Assembly (NCBI GenBank): GCA_963801995.1
Contig: CAWDGW010000017.1
Location: 669,544-733,543 of the forward strand
DNA from: an uncultured Holophagae bacterium
GTDB taxonomy: Bacteria > Acidobacteriota > Thermoanaerobaculia > Thermoanaerobaculales > Sulfomarinibacteraceae
Length of the DNA stretch: 64,000 nucleotides
Reading direction: 5' to 3'
In this document: positions 9,243-19,900 of the stretch, piece after piece
How the letters are laid out: each line of letters opens with the position of its first letter
How positions within the stretch are numbered: position 1 is the stretch's first letter
Translations under genes and position numbers: made by a program
Notes under the pieces: generated by a model
Database searches by the model: none
What the model was told of the DNA's origin: nothing
What the model saw: the letters and a program-made list of their open reading frames with translations, nothing else

Positions 9243-9371
9243 ACTTGGCCATGATTGTACACAGCATCGCCGCCCACCCTCCCACCCGCATTCGAAAAGC
9301 GCCCCCACCTCCCACACTTTTCGAAGATATTCGGACACGGACTGACTGGGGCTTTGGGATCTCGGATGCCG

Positions 9372-9406
9372 TGAATTTGAAATCTGGAATTTGGAATTTG
9401 GAATTT
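9372..9406. repeat. 7-bp tandem array (TGAATTT GAAATCT GGAATTT x3)
   Basis: Lies in the divergent intergenic region between the SDR gene and hypA. Confidence 0.85.
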
Positions 9407-9462
9407 TCGGTCCGCAGATCGACAGACCGTTGAGGTCCCGAGCGTCTCGCTATACTCGGGGG

Positions 9463-9858
9463 GTGCACGAAATGGGCATCGCGTTGGAGATTCACCGGGT
9501 GTGCCGGGAGGTACTTGCGGAGCACGGCGGCGGCCGTCTCGAGGTGGTCCGCATGGCCATCGGCGAGCTGTCGGCCATCGAACCCGAACTGCTTGGCTAC
9601 GCGTGGCAGGCAGTGGTGGCGGACGGTCCGGACGCCGACGCTCGGCTGGACATCACGTGGTGCCCGGCACGCCAGCACTGCTCGACCTGTAACGAGGACA
9701 AGCATCGGTCTGAGGGCAGCTGGCTGAGAATCTGCCCGGACTGTGCCATGCCTCTCGAGGTCAGCGGCGGCGACGAACTGGACGTCCTCGAGGTCACAAT
9801 CGCCGCCAACGAAGACGGCTCCGGCACAGCCGAGGCTGAGGCCATGGAGGATTCATGA
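9463..9858 (+). CDS. hypA: hydrogenase nickel-insertion protein HypA
   Basis: A GTG start gives V/M-HEMGIALEI (the family starts MHE). It has the Zn motifs CSTC and CPDC. Its stop overlaps the hypB ATG (ATGA). Confidence 0.85.
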   Translation: MHEMGIALEIHRVCREVLAEHGGGRLEVVRMAIGELSAIEPELLGYAWQAVVADGPDADARLDITWCPARQHCSTCNEDKHRSEGSWLRICPDCAMPLEVSGGDELDVLEVTIAANEDGSGTAEAEAMEDS

Positions 9859-10682
9859 AGCAGGTGGTGACGGTGAAGCGGAGGGCCCTGGCGGCCAGTG
9901 AGGAGTGCGCAGATGTCTTGCGCCGTCGCTTCAAGGAATCGGGAACCCTGGTTGTCAACTTGATCTCGTCCCCTGGCTCGGGCAAGACCACTCTTCTCGA
10001 GGCGACCGTGGCACGGCTCAAGGATGCCTATCGGTGTGCCGTGGTGGAGGGGGATGTGGCCACCGAGAGGGATGCCGATCGGATTCGGGCCCTCGGCGTT
10101 CCAGCTCACCAGATCCTCACCGGTGGCGGATGCCACCTGGACGCCCGGCAGGTCGACAAGGCGCTCGAGGAGGCCCCCCTGCTGCCGGCCGACATCCTGT
10201 TCATCGAAAACGTCGGCAATCTCATCTGCCCGACGACCTACGATCTGGGCGAGGACTTCAAGGTCGCCGTCCTGTCCACCACCGAGGGGGACGACAAACC
10301 CTTCAAGTACCCGGCGATCTTCGCCCGAGCCGAGGTCTCGGTGATCAGCAAGATCGACCTCCTCCCCTACCTCCCCTTCGACATCGAGGCAGTGCGCGAG
10401 CAACTGCGCTCCCTCAATCCCACCGGCACGATCGTCGAAACCTCATCCACCACCGGCGACGGGATCGACACCTGGTGCGACCTCCTCACCGCAACGCCTC
10501 ATCCTCTGAAACGCAGTGCTTCGAACTCAATGCGCCTTCCGGATGCCAGATTGAAGATCTCAAGATTGAGACGATTGTGTTACTCCCGATTGCTCGCAGC
10601 GATGAATTCGGGTGGGTTGCAGGTGGAATTTTCAATTTTCAATTTTCAATTTTCAATTCTCCGCCGGGATCGCCGCAGGTGA
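9855..10682 (+). CDS. hypB: hydrogenase nickel-incorporation GTPase HypB
   Basis: Has the P-loop SSPGSGKTTLLE, the ENVGNLICP motif and SKIDLL. The last ~55 codons are non-conserved-looking and contain the AATTTTC array. The stop TGA (10680-10682) overlaps GTG 10679 of hypF. Confidence 0.85.
   Translation: MKQVVTVKRRALAASEECADVLRRRFKESGTLVVNLISSPGSGKTTLLEATVARLKDAYRCAVVEGDVATERDADRIRALGVPAHQILTGGGCHLDARQVDKALEEAPLLPADILFIENVGNLICPTTYDLGEDFKVAVLSTTEGDDKPFKYPAIFARAEVSVISKIDLLPYLPFDIEAVREQLRSLNPTGTIVETSSTTGDGIDTWCDLLTATPHPLKRSASNSMRLPDARLKISRLRRLCYSRLLAAMNSGGLQVEFSIFNFQFSILRRDRRR
10627..10661. repeat. 7-bp tandem array (AATTTTC)x4 plus a partial unit, inside the hypB 3' end
   Basis: Read directly; translated as EFSIFNFQFSIL in the hypB frame. 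Confidence 0.9.
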
Positions 10683-13021
10683 CCGGAAAGACCACCCGCC
10701 TGCGAGTCATGTGTCGTGGTGCCGTTCAAGGCGTCGGATTCCGTCCGACCGTGCACCGGATCGCTTCCGAGATGGGACTCACCGGATGGATCGTCAACGA
10801 CCCTTCCGGCGTCACCGCCGAAGTGGAAGGTCCTTGCGAGGTGGTCACGACGTTTCCCGACCGGTTGCGGGAAGCCCTCCCACCCCTCGCCAGGGTGGAC
10901 GAAACGGTCACCGAGGAGATCCCGCCCGAAGGGGCGACCGAGTTCGAGGTCAGAGAATCGGCCCAGGGCCGTCGCGCCGGCGCCCTCGTTCCACCTGATG
11001 CGGCCCTCTGTGAGGACTGCCGCCGTGAGATGGAGACCCCAGAGGATCGTCGCCACCGTTATCCCTTCACCACCTGCACCAACTGCGGACCGCGATTCTC
11101 CCTGGTTTTGCGACTCCCCTACGATCGACCCCAGACCGCCATGGGTTGCTTCCCGCTCTGCTCGGAGTGCGAGCGGGAGTACACCGACACCGCCGATCGT
11201 CGATTCCACGCCGAGCCCGTGTGCTGCCCCGCCTGCGGGCCACGGATCTGGTTTCAAGACAACCTGGCGAGGGGATCGCCGAGGGCCAGGAAGCCATCAA
11301 CCGAGCACGGGGCGCCCTGCTCGACGGCGCCATCCTTGCCGTCAAGGGCCTCGGAGGGTTTCAACTGGCCTGCCGCGCCGATCTTCCCGACCCGGTTCAC
11401 ACCCTCAGAGAACGAAAACGGCGGCCCACCAAGCCGTTCGCGGTGATGGTCCGCAATCTTGCCGAGGTCGATCGTCTGGTGTATCTCGATGAGCGAGACC
11501 GCGCCATCATGTCCTCCCCGCGGTCGCCGGTCGTGCTCGCACCCCGACGGGAGCCATCCCCCGTCTGCCAGGACGTCGCCCCGGGGATCGGGGATCTGGG
11601 TGTCATGATCACCACCACGCCCCTGCACGTGGAGCTTCTGGCCGATTCGTCCGTGCCGCCCCTGGTGATGACCTCTGCCAACCTCTCGGAGGAGCCGATC
11701 TGCCGTTCCAATCGTGAGGCCGTCGAGCGCCTTGCGGAAATCGCCGACGGTTTTCTCCTCCACGATCGCGATGTGGTTCGCCGGGTGGACGACTCGGTGG
11801 TCCGCTCGGCCGCCGGCGGGCCCATCGTGTTGCGCCGAGCTCGGGGTTGGGTCCCGGAGCCACTGCCCCTGCCGGAGTCGGCACCGGTGCCATTGCTGGC
11901 CGTGGGCGGCCACCTCCAGGTGACCGCCTGCGTTGCTGTCGACGGCCAGGCGTTCCCAAGCCAACACGTGGGCGACCTGGACTCGGAACCGGCGCGCGCC
12001 TTTCTGCGCGAGGTCATCGAAGGGTTCGAAGATTTCCTCCAGGTCGAGCCCCGGTTGATCGCGGCCGACGCCCACCCCGACTACCCCAGCAGGTGGTTCG
12101 CCGAGGAACTCGCGCGTCGGCGGGACGGGGAGCTTCTTTTGGTCCAGCACCACCTGGCCCATGCCGCGGCCGTGCTCGCCGAGCACGGGCGGTTTCCGTG
12201 CGCGGAGGAGTCGGTGCTGGCCATCAGCCTCGACGGCACCGGATGGGGCCCGGACGGAACCGCCTGGGGCGGAGAATTCCTGCGTCTCGGAGGGGATCTC
12301 GCATGGAGCCGGCCCGGCCACCTGCAGCCACTGCCCCTCGTGGGTGGCGAACTCGCCGTGCGGCAGCCGTGGCGGGTCGCCGCCGGCAGCCCTTGCTTTG
12401 GCGGGCATGGCGGACGACGTGGCTCTCCTGCCCTTGGGGTTGAACCTCGATCCCGCCACGGTCCACCAGGTGTGCGGTCTGTCGGTCACGGGACAGTGGC
12501 CCATGGCCTCCGGTGCCGGGCGACTCTTCGAGGCGGCCGGGGCCCTGTTGGGCCTTGCGACCCACAACGACTGGGAGGGCGAAGCAGCAGTCCGTCTGGA
12601 GGGGCTCGCCGCCAACTGGCCCGATCCTGCCGAACTCTGGAAGATCGAATCGAACTGCTCTGACATCCCGGTGATTCTGCCGTCCATCGGGCTGTTGGCC
12701 GAGGCGGCCCGTCGACTACTCCGGGGCGAACCGCCGTCCTGTGTGGCGGCATCGTTCCACGCCACCTTCTGCGAGCTGGCCGCCCGCCTCGTGATCCGAA
12801 TCTCGCAAGGAGTCAGAGGCCCGGTGGCCCTGGGCGGTGGTTGCCTGGCGAACCGCCTGCTCCGCGAGGGTCTCCGGTCACGGCTCGAGGAGGCCGGATT
12901 CGAGCCCCTGCTGGCCACCTCCATCCCTCCTGGTGACGGCGGCCTTTCCTACGGCCAGGCCGCTCTCGCCTCTGTGGCAACTGCTCGCGGCGTATCGCTG
13001 GCCAGTGAATTGATAGTCTAA
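10679..13021 (+). CDS. hypF: carbamoyltransferase HypF, interrupted by two apparent 1-nt frameshifts (about 11265 and 12380)
   Basis: Has the acylphosphatase domain (VQGVGFRPTVHRIA), two CxxC-x18-CxxC zinc fingers, the YrdC-like KGLGGFQLACRA and the C-terminal Kae1-like PPGDGGLSYGQA. The protein continues across three ORF-track frames (9905.., 11146.., 12161..). The total length of 2343 nt is in-frame overall. Confidence 0.85.
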
Positions 13022-13055
13022 ATTCGTAATTCGCAATTCGTAATTCGCAATTTTC
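13021..13055. repeat. 7-bp tandem array AATTCGT AATTCGC AATTCGT AATTCGC AATTTTC
   Basis: Starts at the last base of the hypF stop codon. Confidence 0.9.
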
Positions 13056-13174
13056 AGCAGGCTGGGATCCCACACAGCGAATTCGCCCTCCTCCATTGGC
13101 ACAGCGACGACTCTTCGGCGTGAGTTATCATCAAGAGTCGGGGAATCCTGACGAACGAACCGGGAGGCGTACTC

Positions 13175-13402
13175 GTGTGTCTCGCCATACCCATGCGATT
13201 GAAGGAACGTGACGAGATGGACGGCGTCGTCGAACTCGACGGCATCGAACGAAGAGTGTCCCTGATGTTGCTGCCCGACGCCGAGGTGGGACAGCACCTC
13301 CTGATTCACGCCGGCTACGCCATTGGTTCGGTGGACGAGGAAGAGGCCGCTCAAACCCTCGAGCTGCTGCGGGAGTACGCCGACGCCATGGTGGATCTGT
13401 GA
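13175..13402 (+). CDS. hypC: hydrogenase assembly chaperone HypC
   Basis: Has the canonical MCLAIPM N-terminus and is 75 aa. Its stop overlaps the hypD GTG (GTGA). Confidence 0.9.
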   Translation: MCLAIPMRLKERDEMDGVVELDGIERRVSLMLLPDAEVGQHLLIHAGYAIGSVDEEEAAQTLELLREYADAMVDL

Positions 13403-14499
13403 CCCCAGGCAACCCGCTCCACGACCGCAAGGCTGTGGCCGGCCTGGTTCACAAGATCGAAGAGGCCGCGAACCGACTCGGGCGGCCCGCAACCTTCATG
13501 GAGGTCTGCGGGACCCACACCCACACCGTGGCCGGCGCCGGACTCAGACGCATGATGCCAACTGGCATTCGGCTGGTGTCCGGACCCGGATGTCCGGTCT
13601 GCGTCACCCCGGTGAGCTTCCTGGACCGCGCCCTAGCCATTGCCGAACTGCCAAACACCATTCTCTGTACGTTCGGCGATCTGATGCGGGTTCCATCGAG
13701 CTCCATGTCTCTTGAGCAGGCGCGAGCGCGGGGCCTCGACGTCAGAGTGGTCTACTCACCACGCGACGCCCTGGAAATGGCCCGCGATATTCCGGACCAA
13801 ACCGTCGTTTTTCTGGCGGTGGGCTTCGAAACAACCGTTCCCACCTTTGCAGCGGCTCTCGCCGAGGCCGAACAGCTCGGCATCGACAACTTCAAGATCC
13901 TCCCCGGTAACAAGGTGATTCCGCCGGCCATGGTGGCCCTGGTGCAGGACCCGGAGCTCGAGGTCAGCGGTTTTCTGCTGCCAGGTCACGTGTCGGTGCT
14001 CACCGGCTGGGAGGTCTTTCGGTTCCTGGCCGATGTTCACGGTGTGCCCGGCGCCGTGGTGGGCTTCTCCCCCACCGACGTATTGCGAGGGGTGCTGGAG
14101 CTCATCGAACAGAATATCGATGGTCACGCGGCTGTGGAGAACCTCTATGGCAGCGTGGTTTCGCCGACGGGAAATCGCACCGCCTTCGCCATGGTGGACC
14201 GATTCTTCGAGCCCGCCGACGACGATTGGCGCGGATTCGGAACAATCCCAGCGTCCGGTCTCGCCCTTCGTGGGAATTGGGCACACCGCGACGCCGGCAG
14301 GATTCCGGTCGAGCTTCCGCCGCCGCGAGAACCGGTGGGCTGCCGTTGCGGCGACGTGCTGCGAGGCGCCATCGATCCGCCCGAATGCCCGCTTTTCGAT
14401 TCCGGCTGTTCCCCGGATACGCCGGTTGGAGCGTGCATGGTGTCCAGCGAAGGCACGTGCTCGGCCTGGTTCCGGCACGAACGATGGGACGGCGCCTGA
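13399..14499 (+). CDS. hypD: hydrogenase Fe(CN)2CO-assembly protein HypD
   Basis: Carries the motifs MEVCGTHTH, GPGCPVCVTP, GFETT and the C-terminal CxxC-type Cys cluster. Confidence 0.9.
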   Translation: MTPGNPLHDRKAVAGLVHKIEEAANRLGRPATFMEVCGTHTHTVAGAGLRRMMPTGIRLVSGPGCPVCVTPVSFLDRALAIAELPNTILCTFGDLMRVPSSSMSLEQARARGLDVRVVYSPRDALEMARDIPDQTVVFLAVGFETTVPTFAAALAEAEQLGIDNFKILPGNKVIPPAMVALVQDPELEVSGFLLPGHVSVLTGWEVFRFLADVHGVPGAVVGFSPTDVLRGVLELIEQNIDGHAAVENLYGSVVSPTGNRTAFAMVDRFFEPADDDWRGFGTIPASGLALRGNWAHRDAGRIPVELPPPREPVGCRCGDVLRGAIDPPECPLFDSGCSPDTPVGACMVSSEGTCSAWFRHERWDGA

Positions 14500-14500
14500 G

Positions 14501-15526
14501 ATGAAATCCAATCTTCCTGCCAACGTGCTTCTCGCCCACGGTTCAGGCGGTCGACTGACCCAAGAACTGGTGCGTGACGCCTTCATTCCTGCCTTGGACA
14601 ACCCCATACTTGCCACCCTGTCGGACGCAGCGATCCTCCCCGAACTGCCGCCAGGCCGGCCCGCCCTGACCACCGACGGTTTCGTGGTGGATCCGGCGGT
14701 GTTTCCCGGTGGCGATCTCGGTTACCTCAGCGTGGTTGGCACCGTCAACGACCTCGCCGTGGCCGGCGCCCGGCCCCTGTGGCTGACCTGGGCTCTGGTC
14801 CTCGAGGAGGGCGCGCCGGGCGAGCTCATCGAAACCTGCGCCCAGGGAACCGCCCGCGCGGCCCAGGAGGCGGGCATCCAGATCGTGGCTGGCGACACCA
14901 AGGTCGTGCCCAAGGGCAAGGGTGACGGGATCTACGCGGTCACCGCCGGCCTGGGCGTGGTCCCGCCCGGACGTGACGTGGGCGACCACCGCATCACCCC
15001 CGGTGATGCGGTCCTGGTCTCCGGACCCATTGGCGATCACGGCGCCACCATCATGGCCTGCCGCCACGGTCTCGGCAGCGACGAACTCCGGTCCGACTGC
15101 GCCCCCGAGGCGTCGCTTATCGAACACCTCTTCGCCTCCGGGATCGAGGTGCACGCCATGCACGACCCAACCCGGGGAGGGGCGCTGACCGTGTGCCACG
15201 AGACCGCCGAGCGCACCGGGTTGCGAATCACCCTGGACGAGGAGGCGATTCCGGTGCGCCGGGAGGTGCGGGCGGTGTGCGAGATCCTCGGTCTCGAGGT
15301 GCTCAGTCTGGCCTGCGAGGGTCGCGTGCTGGCGTGGATCGCCCACGCCGACGCTGACCGAGCCCTCGCAGCGTTTCGGAGCCACCCTTCGGGCAGTGAA
15401 GCTGCGGTGATCGGATCCGTCTCCGAGCGTCAGCCCCGCGAGGTCCCTCTCGTCCTCGAAACCTCAGCGGGAGGGCTTCGACCTCTCGATCTCCTATCGG
15501 GAAGCGACCTCCCCCGTATCTGCTAG
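14501..15526 (+). CDS. hypE: hydrogenase carbamoyl dehydratase HypE
   Basis: Starts MKSNLPANVLLAHGSGG, has PurM-like repeats and the canonical C-terminal PRIC. The ORF-track start at 14033 lies inside hypD. Confidence 0.9.
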   Translation: MKSNLPANVLLAHGSGGRLTQELVRDAFIPALDNPILATLSDAAILPELPPGRPALTTDGFVVDPAVFPGGDLGYLSVVGTVNDLAVAGARPLWLTWALVLEEGAPGELIETCAQGTARAAQEAGIQIVAGDTKVVPKGKGDGIYAVTAGLGVVPPGRDVGDHRITPGDAVLVSGPIGDHGATIMACRHGLGSDELRSDCAPEASLIEHLFASGIEVHAMHDPTRGGALTVCHETAERTGLRITLDEEAIPVRREVRAVCEILGLEVLSLACEGRVLAWIAHADADRALAAFRSHPSGSEAAVIGSVSERQPREVPLVLETSAGGLRPLDLLSGSDLPRIC

Positions 15527-15564
15527 CTGCTCAATATGCGGAACGAAGTGGAGCGTATTGAGCG

Positions 15565-16047
15565 CTAATCGGATTGGATCTTCTCGAGCGTCTCTCGGAC
15601 CTTGGCGGCGTGACCCCTGGACTTGACTCGCCTCCAGTGGTGCGCGATTCGACCGCTCGGATCGATGATGACGGTGGAACGGATCACACCGACGCTGATT
15701 CGCCCGTACATGTTCTTTTCGCCCCAAGCGCCGTAGGCCTCCATGACGCCGTGGTCGGGATCGCTCAGCAACCGAACCTTCAGGCCGTGTTTGGCGATGA
15801 ACTTGCGGTGTTTCTCGGGCAGGTCGGGACTGCAGCCGAGCACTTCGGCGTCGAGACCTTCAAAGGCCTCGATGCCCTCGGTGAACTCGCAGGCCTCGAT
15901 GGTGCAACCCGGAGTGTCATCTTTCGGGTAGAAGTAAAGCACCACCCACTTCCCCTTCAGATCCCCAAGAGAAACATCTTTCCCGTCCTGATCCGGCAGT
16001 GTGAATCCCGGCGCTTGCCCTCCAAGTTGGATCGGTAATGCTGCCAT
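15565..16047 (-). CDS. bcp: thioredoxin-dependent peroxiredoxin Bcp (AhpC/TSA family)
   Basis: VVLYFYPKDDTPGCTIEACEF contains the peroxidatic Cys motif PxDxTxxC. Length 160 aa. Confidence 0.85.
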   Translation of the reverse strand: MAALPIQLGGQAPGFTLPDQDGKDVSLGDLKGKWVVLYFYPKDDTPGCTIEACEFTEGIEAFEGLDAEVLGCSPDLPEKHRKFIAKHGLKVRLLSDPDHGVMEAYGAWGEKNMYGRISVGVIRSTVIIDPSGRIAHHWRRVKSRGHAAKVRETLEKIQSD

Positions 16048-16246
16048 TGCCGCCTCTCCTTCCCGGCCCTGCCCTCAAAAAACACAAGGCTGTGAAAAAT
16101 AGTTATATCTCAGTTCGCTGAACTTTGGAGAATCAGAAAAACTCATTCTGCGGAGCGAAGCGGAGCAGAATGAGCGCCGCACCCATGTCCCTTTCCAGCA
16201 CCGACCGTCGGCCATGCTAAGGTCGCCCCAACAAGGAGGACGCCAG

Positions 16247-16925
16247 ATGAACTTGCCTCGAGGGCCCCTCGGATGGCTCACAGTCATGCTGATCTTCATG
16301 GCATCAATGACGACGATTTCCGTCGCCGGTGAAAAAGGAAACCACCCGGGTCTGAAAGACCCCAGGTTCGCCGCCGAGAAGGCCCCCGACATTTACAAGG
16401 TCAAGGTGGAAACCACCAAGGGAGACTTCGTCATCGAGGTTGTCAGAGAGTGGGCTCCCAACGGCGCCGACCGCTTCTACAACCTCGTCACGGTGGGCTA
16501 TTACAAGAACACCGCCTTCTTCCGAGTCGTCGCCGGTTTTATGGCCCAGGTGGGCATGCATGGCGACCCGGACATCCAGGCTGCATGGTCCGATTTTCCA
16601 ATCAAGGACGATCCGGTTTTGAAGGACAACACCCGCGGTATGGTGACCTTCGCCGCCAAGTCGGTCCCCAACTCCCGGACCAGCCAGATCTTCATCAACT
16701 ACGGTGACAACACCTATCTCAAACGCCACGGCAGGTTTTCCCCGTTCGGCCAGGTGGTCGAAGGAATGCAGGTTGTGGACTCCCTCTACTCCGGATACGG
16801 GGAGGGCGCTCCCAGCGGGAAAGGGCCGTCGCAGGCCGAGATCAATCCGGCATGGCAACGCCTATCTCAAAAAGGAGTTTCCCGAACTCGACTACATCAC
16901 TCGCGCCACCATCGTGACCGAGTAA
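16247..16925 (+). CDS. secreted cyclophilin-type peptidyl-prolyl isomerase, one apparent 1-nt frameshift near 16848
   Basis: AAGGAGG RBS lies before ATG 16247, followed by a signal-like N-terminus. Cyclophilin motifs FFRVVAGFMAQVG and NSRTSQIFINYGDN are present. The conserved C-terminus GNAYLKKEFPELDYITRATIVTE is in the next frame (ORF 16704-16925). Confidence 0.8.
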
Positions 16926-16992
16926 TGTACGAACGGCGAATCTCCTTCTTTCTCACAACAGGGGTGCGGATATCATCGCCCCCAGAGGAGTC

Positions 16993-19900
16993 ATGGGCCT
17001 GACACCCGATGATGTGCTGAGGGCCCGCGCGGCCTTCGACGAAAACGCCGCGGAGATTCTCCGCTTGGCGGTCGAACGCGGCCTCATATCGCCCACCGAG
17101 GCCGACACAGCCATCACCCACGCCCATGTGGAGGTCACCCAGACCGCCGACGGCACTCCGCCCCCGGTGGTCGAGGTGCTCGCCCACAGCGGCGTCTTGG
17201 ACCCGAGCACTCTGGCTGGCCTGGCTCGGGAACTTGGACTGCCCGACGACCACGCATCCACATGGGCGGGAATGGAAAACGCCGCCTTTCCCGACTCTTT
17301 CGACGTACCGCCGGTCAAGGACTGGGACCGCTACGAGATCGTGGACTTCATCGGCCGCGGCGGCATGGGCGACGTCTTCAAGGCACGTGACCCTCGGCTG
17401 GGGCGCTTTGTCGCCCTCAAGTTCCTCCGTCGCGACACTCCGGAGATCGTCCACCGATTCCTCCGTGAGGCCCGGGTTCAGGCAAGGATCGACCACGACA
17501 ACGTGTGCCAGGTCTACGAGGTCGGCGAGGTCGATGGCCACCCCTACATCGCCATGCAGTACATCGCCGGCGGCTCCCTCAAGGAAATCAGCGATCTGCT
17601 GACCATCCCCGAGAAGGCCAGAATCATGGTGGATGTGGCGGACGCCCTCCACGCAGCCCACCAGGCCGGCTTGATTCACCGCGACATCAAGCCCGCCAAC
17701 ATTCTGGTAGAGCGGCTTTCCGAAGGCGGCTGGCGGCCGTACGTTGTGGACTTCGGCATTGCCCGCGAAGCCGAAGGTCGCGACGTCACCATCTCCGGAA
17801 TGGTCCTGGGCACCCCTGCCTTCGCGGCGCCGGAGCAGGTACGGGGCGAGATCGACAGGCTCGACCGTCGAACCGATGTCTACAGCCTCGGAGCCACCAT
17901 GTACTGGTTCCTCACCGACCGGGCGCCCTACGAGGGGGGTTACCCGGAGGTCCTGGCCGGAATCACCGATCGCGAGCCTGTTCCTCCTCACCGGATCAAG
18001 CCCGAAATCGCGGTGGACCTCGAGACCGTCACCCTGAAATGCCTCGAAAAGGAGCAGGACCGGCGCTACCCAACAGCCCGCGCCGTGTCGGAGGATCTGC
18101 GGAGATTTCTCTCGGGGGAACCGATCACCGCCCGACCCACAACTCTGTTCTACAAGCTCGGCAAGAAGGTCCGGAAATACAAGGGATTGACGGCGATCGG
18201 CCTCGCGGTGCTGGTCGCCTTCGCCTTTGTGGTGGGTTATGCCCTTCGTTCGAACCTCATGGCTCGACGCCAGGCGGCGATCGCCCAGCACCTGCTCGTC
18301 CAGGCCAACGAGATCGACAACCTGGCGCGGATCACAGCCATGATGCCGCTCCACGATCGGCGCCAGGAAGAGACCCGAATCAACCGACGAATGCGGGAGA
18401 TCGAGGAGGAGACTGCCCGGCTGGGGCGGCTCGCCTTTGGGCCCGGTCACTACGCCCTTGGCCGGGGTTACCTCGCTCTCCAACGCTACGAGCAAGCTCT
18501 GGAGCACCTCCAGCTCGCCGAAGAGTCGGGCTATGACAACCCGGCTGTTTCCTACGCCACGGGGATGGTGCTCGGCAGGCTCTACGAGGCACAGCTCCAA
18601 CGGGCGAGCCAGCTTGACGACGAAGCGTTGCGCAACGCCTTCCGCCGTTCCATCGAGGCCGAGTACCGCGAGCCGGCTCTCGCATACCTCCGAGCGAGCG
18701 AGACCTCTCAGCCGGAGGCCGCGGCCTATGCCGAGGGCCTGATCGCCTTTTACGAACGCCGGTACGACGAGGCTCTGGCCAAGGCTCGGTCCGCTTTCGA
18801 CGAGGCCGACTGGCTCCATGAGGCCAAAAAGCTCGAAGGCGATATCTATCTCACCCTGGCGACTGAAAACCGCTTCCGCGGCGAGTACGATCAGGCGCTC
18901 GCCGAGCTCGAGATGTCCGGAAAGGCGTACTTCGCCGCGTTTGACATCGCTCGGTCGGACGCGACCATCCTGGACGGCGAGTGCACCCGCTGGATCGAGG
19001 TCCTCGAGACCGAGGCCGCCCGCGGTGACCCCGCCCGCTCGACCTTTGATCAGGCTCTGGCCGCCTGCGATCGATCGCTGCTGGTCAACCCGGATCGGTC
19101 GGCTGCCCACGAGCAGCTGTCATGGCTCCACTGGCGGTGGGCCGACCTGGTCAACGATCGGGGCGACGACCCGTCCGATTTCCTCGACCGGGCCATCGAG
19201 TACGCCCGGCGAGCCATCCAGATCGACCCGGACAGCGCGTCGGCCCACCACAAGCTCGGCGGTGCCATGCTGGTGGCCGGAGTTCACGAAATGGGCCAGG
19301 GTCACGACCCGCGTTCCACCCTGGAGCGTGCAGTGGCGAGCCTGCAGGCAGCGGCCAAGGCCGATCCCAGCATGGTTCCAGCCCACGACGACCTGGGTTA
19401 CGCCTGGGAGAGGATCGCCCGCTATGAGCTGAGCGCCGGCCTCGACCCCCGCTCCGCCCTCGACAACGCAATCGCCAGCTTTGACCGGGCGATCAACATC
19501 AATCCCGAGTACGCCAACCCTTACAACAACAAAGGGATCGCCCTGTGGCGGAGGGGCTACTACGAGCTCAAAACCGGACTCGATCCCGAGCAATCGCTCG
19601 ACCAGGCCCTCGACGCCCTGTCCGCCGCCACAACAATCAATCCCAACTACGCCTACGCCTACGCCAACCGCGGCCTGACCTACCGCACCAAGGCCCTTCA
19701 CCTCCTCGAGCTGGACGAGAACCCCACACCCTGGCTCGACCAGGCGAGGGTCAACTACGACAAGGCGCTGACCATCAAACCCGGAATTTTCTGGGGCTAC
19801 CCGGAGCAGGCCTCGGTGGAGTTGCTGTCCGCCCGGTGGGCCATGCGTCAGGGCCGCTCGCCCGAGCCCTTCTTCGAGGCCGCGGCCAGGGCGGCCCAAC

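Noticed and set aside
10679-13021. Programmed ribosomal frameshifting in hypF and the other split genes
   Set aside because: No shared slippery sequence or downstream structure is present. Both +1 and -1 events occur, they fall in unrelated genes, and 12 are clustered in giant 3. Assembly indels or decay are simpler explanations.
16897-19110. 737-aa ORF on the minus strand, and similar long antisense ORFs (6494-7657, 9597-10403, 11254-12924, 20241-21500, 43012-44676, 50765-51766, 60193-61065)
   Set aside because: They lie antisense to genes with clear catalytic motifs (kinase, hyp genes, RND, giants). They are Arg/Gly/Pro-rich with low complexity and no recognisable motifs. These are typical shadow ORFs of a high-GC genome.
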